A stretch of 64,000 nucleotides of DNA from Longimicrobiales bacterium (GTDB lineage: Bacteria; Gemmatimonadota; Gemmatimonadetes; Longimicrobiales; Gaopeijiaceae): positions 192,001-256,000 of the forward strand of contig CBDBCF010000001.1 of assembly GCA_965202985.1 (NCBI GenBank), given 5' to 3'. The notes under the pieces were generated by a model. The model had not been told where the DNA came from, did no database searches, and saw nothing but the letters and a program-made list of their open reading frames with translations. Of the stretch, positions 61,277 to 64,000 are shown piece after piece (position 1 is the stretch's first letter; each line of letters starts with the position of its first letter). Made by a program: the position numbers and the translations under genes.

Positions 61277-62275
61277 TCAGCTCCCCGGCGCGAAGCGCGC
61301 CAGCACCGGCAGGTGGTCGCTCGTGGTCTCGCGGTAGCGGGGCACGTGTTCGTCCACGCGGTGAATCTGGGCCGACCCCGCTTCATACCACGCCATCGCC
61401 TCGTTGGACGCCAGGATGTGGTCGATCACGTCGTCGAACCCCAGGACCGACGTGGCGCCCCCGGCCCCCAGCCTCTCCGTGGGAAAGACCCACTCCGGCG
61501 CCGCGTCCAAGAACGCCCGGTACGGCGTGTCGCGTCCGGGCACGATCGATTCGTCCAAGTCGTCGTTCCAGTCCCCCGGCACCAGCACCGGCCGATCCGG
61601 CCACGTCGCGTCCAAGTAGGCGGCCAGCCCGGCAGCCGCCGCCCGCCGCCGCTCCCACGACTCGGCCTGGGCGTCGGCCTTGGCGTGCAATACCAGCACC
61701 ACGGCGTCGCGCGACCCGCCGCCCCCCGTTCCCGGCAGCAACCGCACCCGAGCCTCCAACGGCGGTCGCCCCGCGAACTCCCAGGCCAGCTCGGCAAGCA
61801 CGACGCGCGCCTCGCTCACCTCGACCGCCGACCGCTTGTACACCAGCCCGACCTTGAGCTCGCCCTCGTCGTAGGAATCGGCCCCGCCCTGCACGGACGG
61901 GTCGCTGGCCAGCAAGGCACCGTACCCCGGAAGCACTTCCAGCAAGGCCGCGAAGGCCGCGGCGCTCGTCACTTCCTGAACGGCCCACAGGTCGGCGTCG
62001 GTCCCCAGGATCACGTCCCGGACACGTGCCATCTGCAAGGCCTCGTCCGCTGGGCCGGAGTTCGGGGCGCCGAAGTGGAGCAGGTTCCAGGTGACCACGT
62101 CCAGCGTGGACGGCGTGCCCAGGGCGGGCACTTGGACGGGCGCGGGGATTGAGCCGGAGCCAGGATCGGGGGGATCGCCGGGGCCGTCGCCGGTGTCCAC
62201 GGGAGTGGAGGCGCCGGAGCAGGCTGCAGCGGCAACGATCGCAAGCAGGGCGACGGGGAGCGGCTTGGTCGGCAT
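61277..62275 (-). CDS. Endonuclease/exonuclease/phosphatase family lipoprotein
   Basis: VTWNL, AVQEV, VLHAKA, GDWND, IDHIL, SDHLPV; lipobox AAAC. Confidence 0.88.
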   Translation of the reverse strand: MPTKPLPVALLAIVAAAACSGASTPVDTGDGPGDPPDPGSGSIPAPVQVPALGTPSTLDVVTWNLLHFGAPNSGPADEALQMARVRDVILGTDADLWAVQEVTSAAAFAALLEVLPGYGALLASDPSVQGGADSYDEGELKVGLVYKRSAVEVSEARVVLAELAWEFAGRPPLEARVRLLPGTGGGGSRDAVVLVLHAKADAQAESWERRRAAAAGLAAYLDATWPDRPVLVPGDWNDDLDESIVPGRDTPYRAFLDAAPEWVFPTERLGAGGATSVLGFDDVIDHILASNEAMAWYEAGSAQIHRVDEHVPRYRETTSDHLPVLARFAPGS

Positions 62276-62380
62276 CGAGGAATGGCGGAGAGGGGCGTCG
62301 TGCGGGCGGGTTGCCACGCACGCAACGTATGCTCGAAAGTTACGCCGTTGCCGCACAGTCCCCCTGCGCCAAGATGAGTC

Positions 62381-63959
62381 ATGCGCTTCTTCAACACGAC
62401 CGGCCCGGTGGTGCCGGCGTCCCACTACCTCATTCCGCCGCTTGCGCGGGTGGACTTGCCCGCCATCCGACGGTTGATCGCCCAGCACCGCTACTTCGTA
62501 CTCCGTGCGCCCCGGCAGACGGGCAAGACGTCGGTGCTGCTGGCGCTTCGCGACCTGCTCAACGCCGAAGGCGGCCATCGCTGCGTCTACGTGAACGTCG
62601 AAAGCGCACAAGCGGCTCGCGAGGACATGACCAGGGTGGTGCGGACGGTGCGGAGCGGGCTGGCCTATCGGGCGCGCCGGACGCTGGACGACCATTACCT
62701 GCACGAGACTTGGCCCGACATCCTGGCCAAGCAAGGCCCCGACAGCGCCCTCTTCGAAGCGTTGGCGCACTGGACCGAAGCCGACGCAAGCCCGCTGGTC
62801 CTGCTGATCGACGAGATCGACGCGCTGGTGGGCGACGGTCTTCTGTCTGTGCTTCGGCAACTTCGGGCGGGCTACGACATGCGACCGAAGGGCTTCCCCC
62901 AGAGCGTGGTGCTCTGCGGCGTCCGAGATGTCCGGGACTACCGCATCCACTCGGGCTCGGCCGACACGATGGTGGCCGGAGGCAGCGCGTTCAACGTCAA
63001 GGCCAAGTCTCTGCGGCTGGGCGACTTCTCGCGGGACGACACGTTCGCGCTGCTGGGCCAGCACACCGACGAGACCGGCCAAGTCTTTGCGGACCAAGCG
63101 CTGGAGACCCTGTGGCGGCGCACCCAGGGCCAGCCGTGGCTGGTCAATGCTCTGGCCTACGAGGCGTGCTTCGAGGGCGCCGGCGCGGCGGACCGGTCGC
63201 GGCGGATCGAGGGAAGACGACGTGCTGGCGGCCCAGGAGTCTCTGATCCGGCGGCGCGAAACGCATCTGGACCAGCTGGCCGACAAGTTGCAGGAGGAGC
63301 GGGTGCGCCGGGTTGTGGAGCCGTTGCTGGCGGGCGCCGGCGAGGCCGAGTTCTCGGCCCGCGACCTGGAGTACGCGCGGGACTTGGGGCTGTTGGCGCA
63401 GGACAAGCCGGTTCGACTGGCGAACCCGATCTACGCCGAAGTCGTGCCCCGGGAGCTGACGTGGTCCACGCAGGAGACGCTGTCGCAGAACCCGGCGTGT
63501 TACGTGAATGCGGCGGGCGAGCTGAAGACGGCGAAGCTCTTGGCCGCATTCCAGGACTTCTTTCGAGAACACTCGGAGCACTGGATCGAGCGGTTCCAAT
63601 ACAAGGAAGCCGGACCGCAGCTGCTGCTACAAGCCTTCTTGCAGCGGATCGTGAACAGCGGAGGCCGAATCGAGCGCGAGTACGGCTTGGGGCGCGGACG
63701 GACGGACCTGCTGGTGATCTGGCCCCGGGACTCCGGGACGCAGAAGCACGTCATCGAGTGCAAGGTGCTTCACAAGGGCCTGGAACGCACGCTGGCCGAC
63801 GGCGTGGAGCAGACCGCGGGCTACATGGACCGCTGCGGGGCCGATGCCGGACACCTGATCGTCTTCGACCGGCGCGACGACCGAAGCTGGGACGAGAAGC
63901 TGTTCCGCCTGGACCGGACCGCCGCAGACGGCGCCGAGATCGCCGTTTGGGGGATGTGA
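62381..63959 (+). pseudogene. AAA-like ATPase with C-terminal PD-(D/E)xK domain, +1 frameshift near 63212
   Basis: From ATG 62381: MRFFNTTGP, APRQTGKT, LIDEID, GSAFNVK, TQGQPWLVN ... ATC GAG G GAA; continues in another frame as EDDVLAA...RRETHLD...EREYGLGRGRTDL...IECK. Confidence 0.82.
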
Positions 63960-64000
63960 GTCGACCTCCACGGGCAAGCGACCGCGCCGCGTTCGCGCCG

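Overview
High-GC bacterial chromosomal segment with densely packed, often translationally coupled genes. Gene content suggests Gemmatimonadota, possibly host- or sponge-associated; this is inference, not a database result. In order: a cluster of exported hydrolases and NHL beta-propellers around a HupE/UreJ protein; a polyamine-type ABC transporter with three tandem binding proteins; a GT2 plus GDP-mannose 3',5'-epimerase pair; hsp20 behind a sigma54 promoter with three identical phased palindromes; a peptidoglycan-salvage cluster (NamZ, NagZ-serine hydrolase fusion, SSS, BadF kinase); metG, an M23 peptidase, two degenerate M16-like ORFs and fadJ; a MocA/XdhC operon interrupted by a lower-GC methyltransferase and short nuclease-like ORF; VKOR/DsbA; gyrA amid glycan-modification genes, including an SGNH-like gene frameshifted at a 22-nt G/C run and a decayed paralog of it; uvrA, a hisC-like gene, an ABC exporter and lutABC; an Rpn nuclease with a likely internal small ORF; DinB, an orphan TRAP SBP, an EEP nuclease and a frameshifted AAA/PD-(D/E)xK gene. 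I saw no tRNA, rRNA or CRISPR array. Best leads: the putative phase-variable SGNH gene, the sigma54/palindrome heat-shock regulatory unit, the Rpn gene-within-gene, the HupE-NHL exported-enzyme cluster, and pervasive short tandem duplications.
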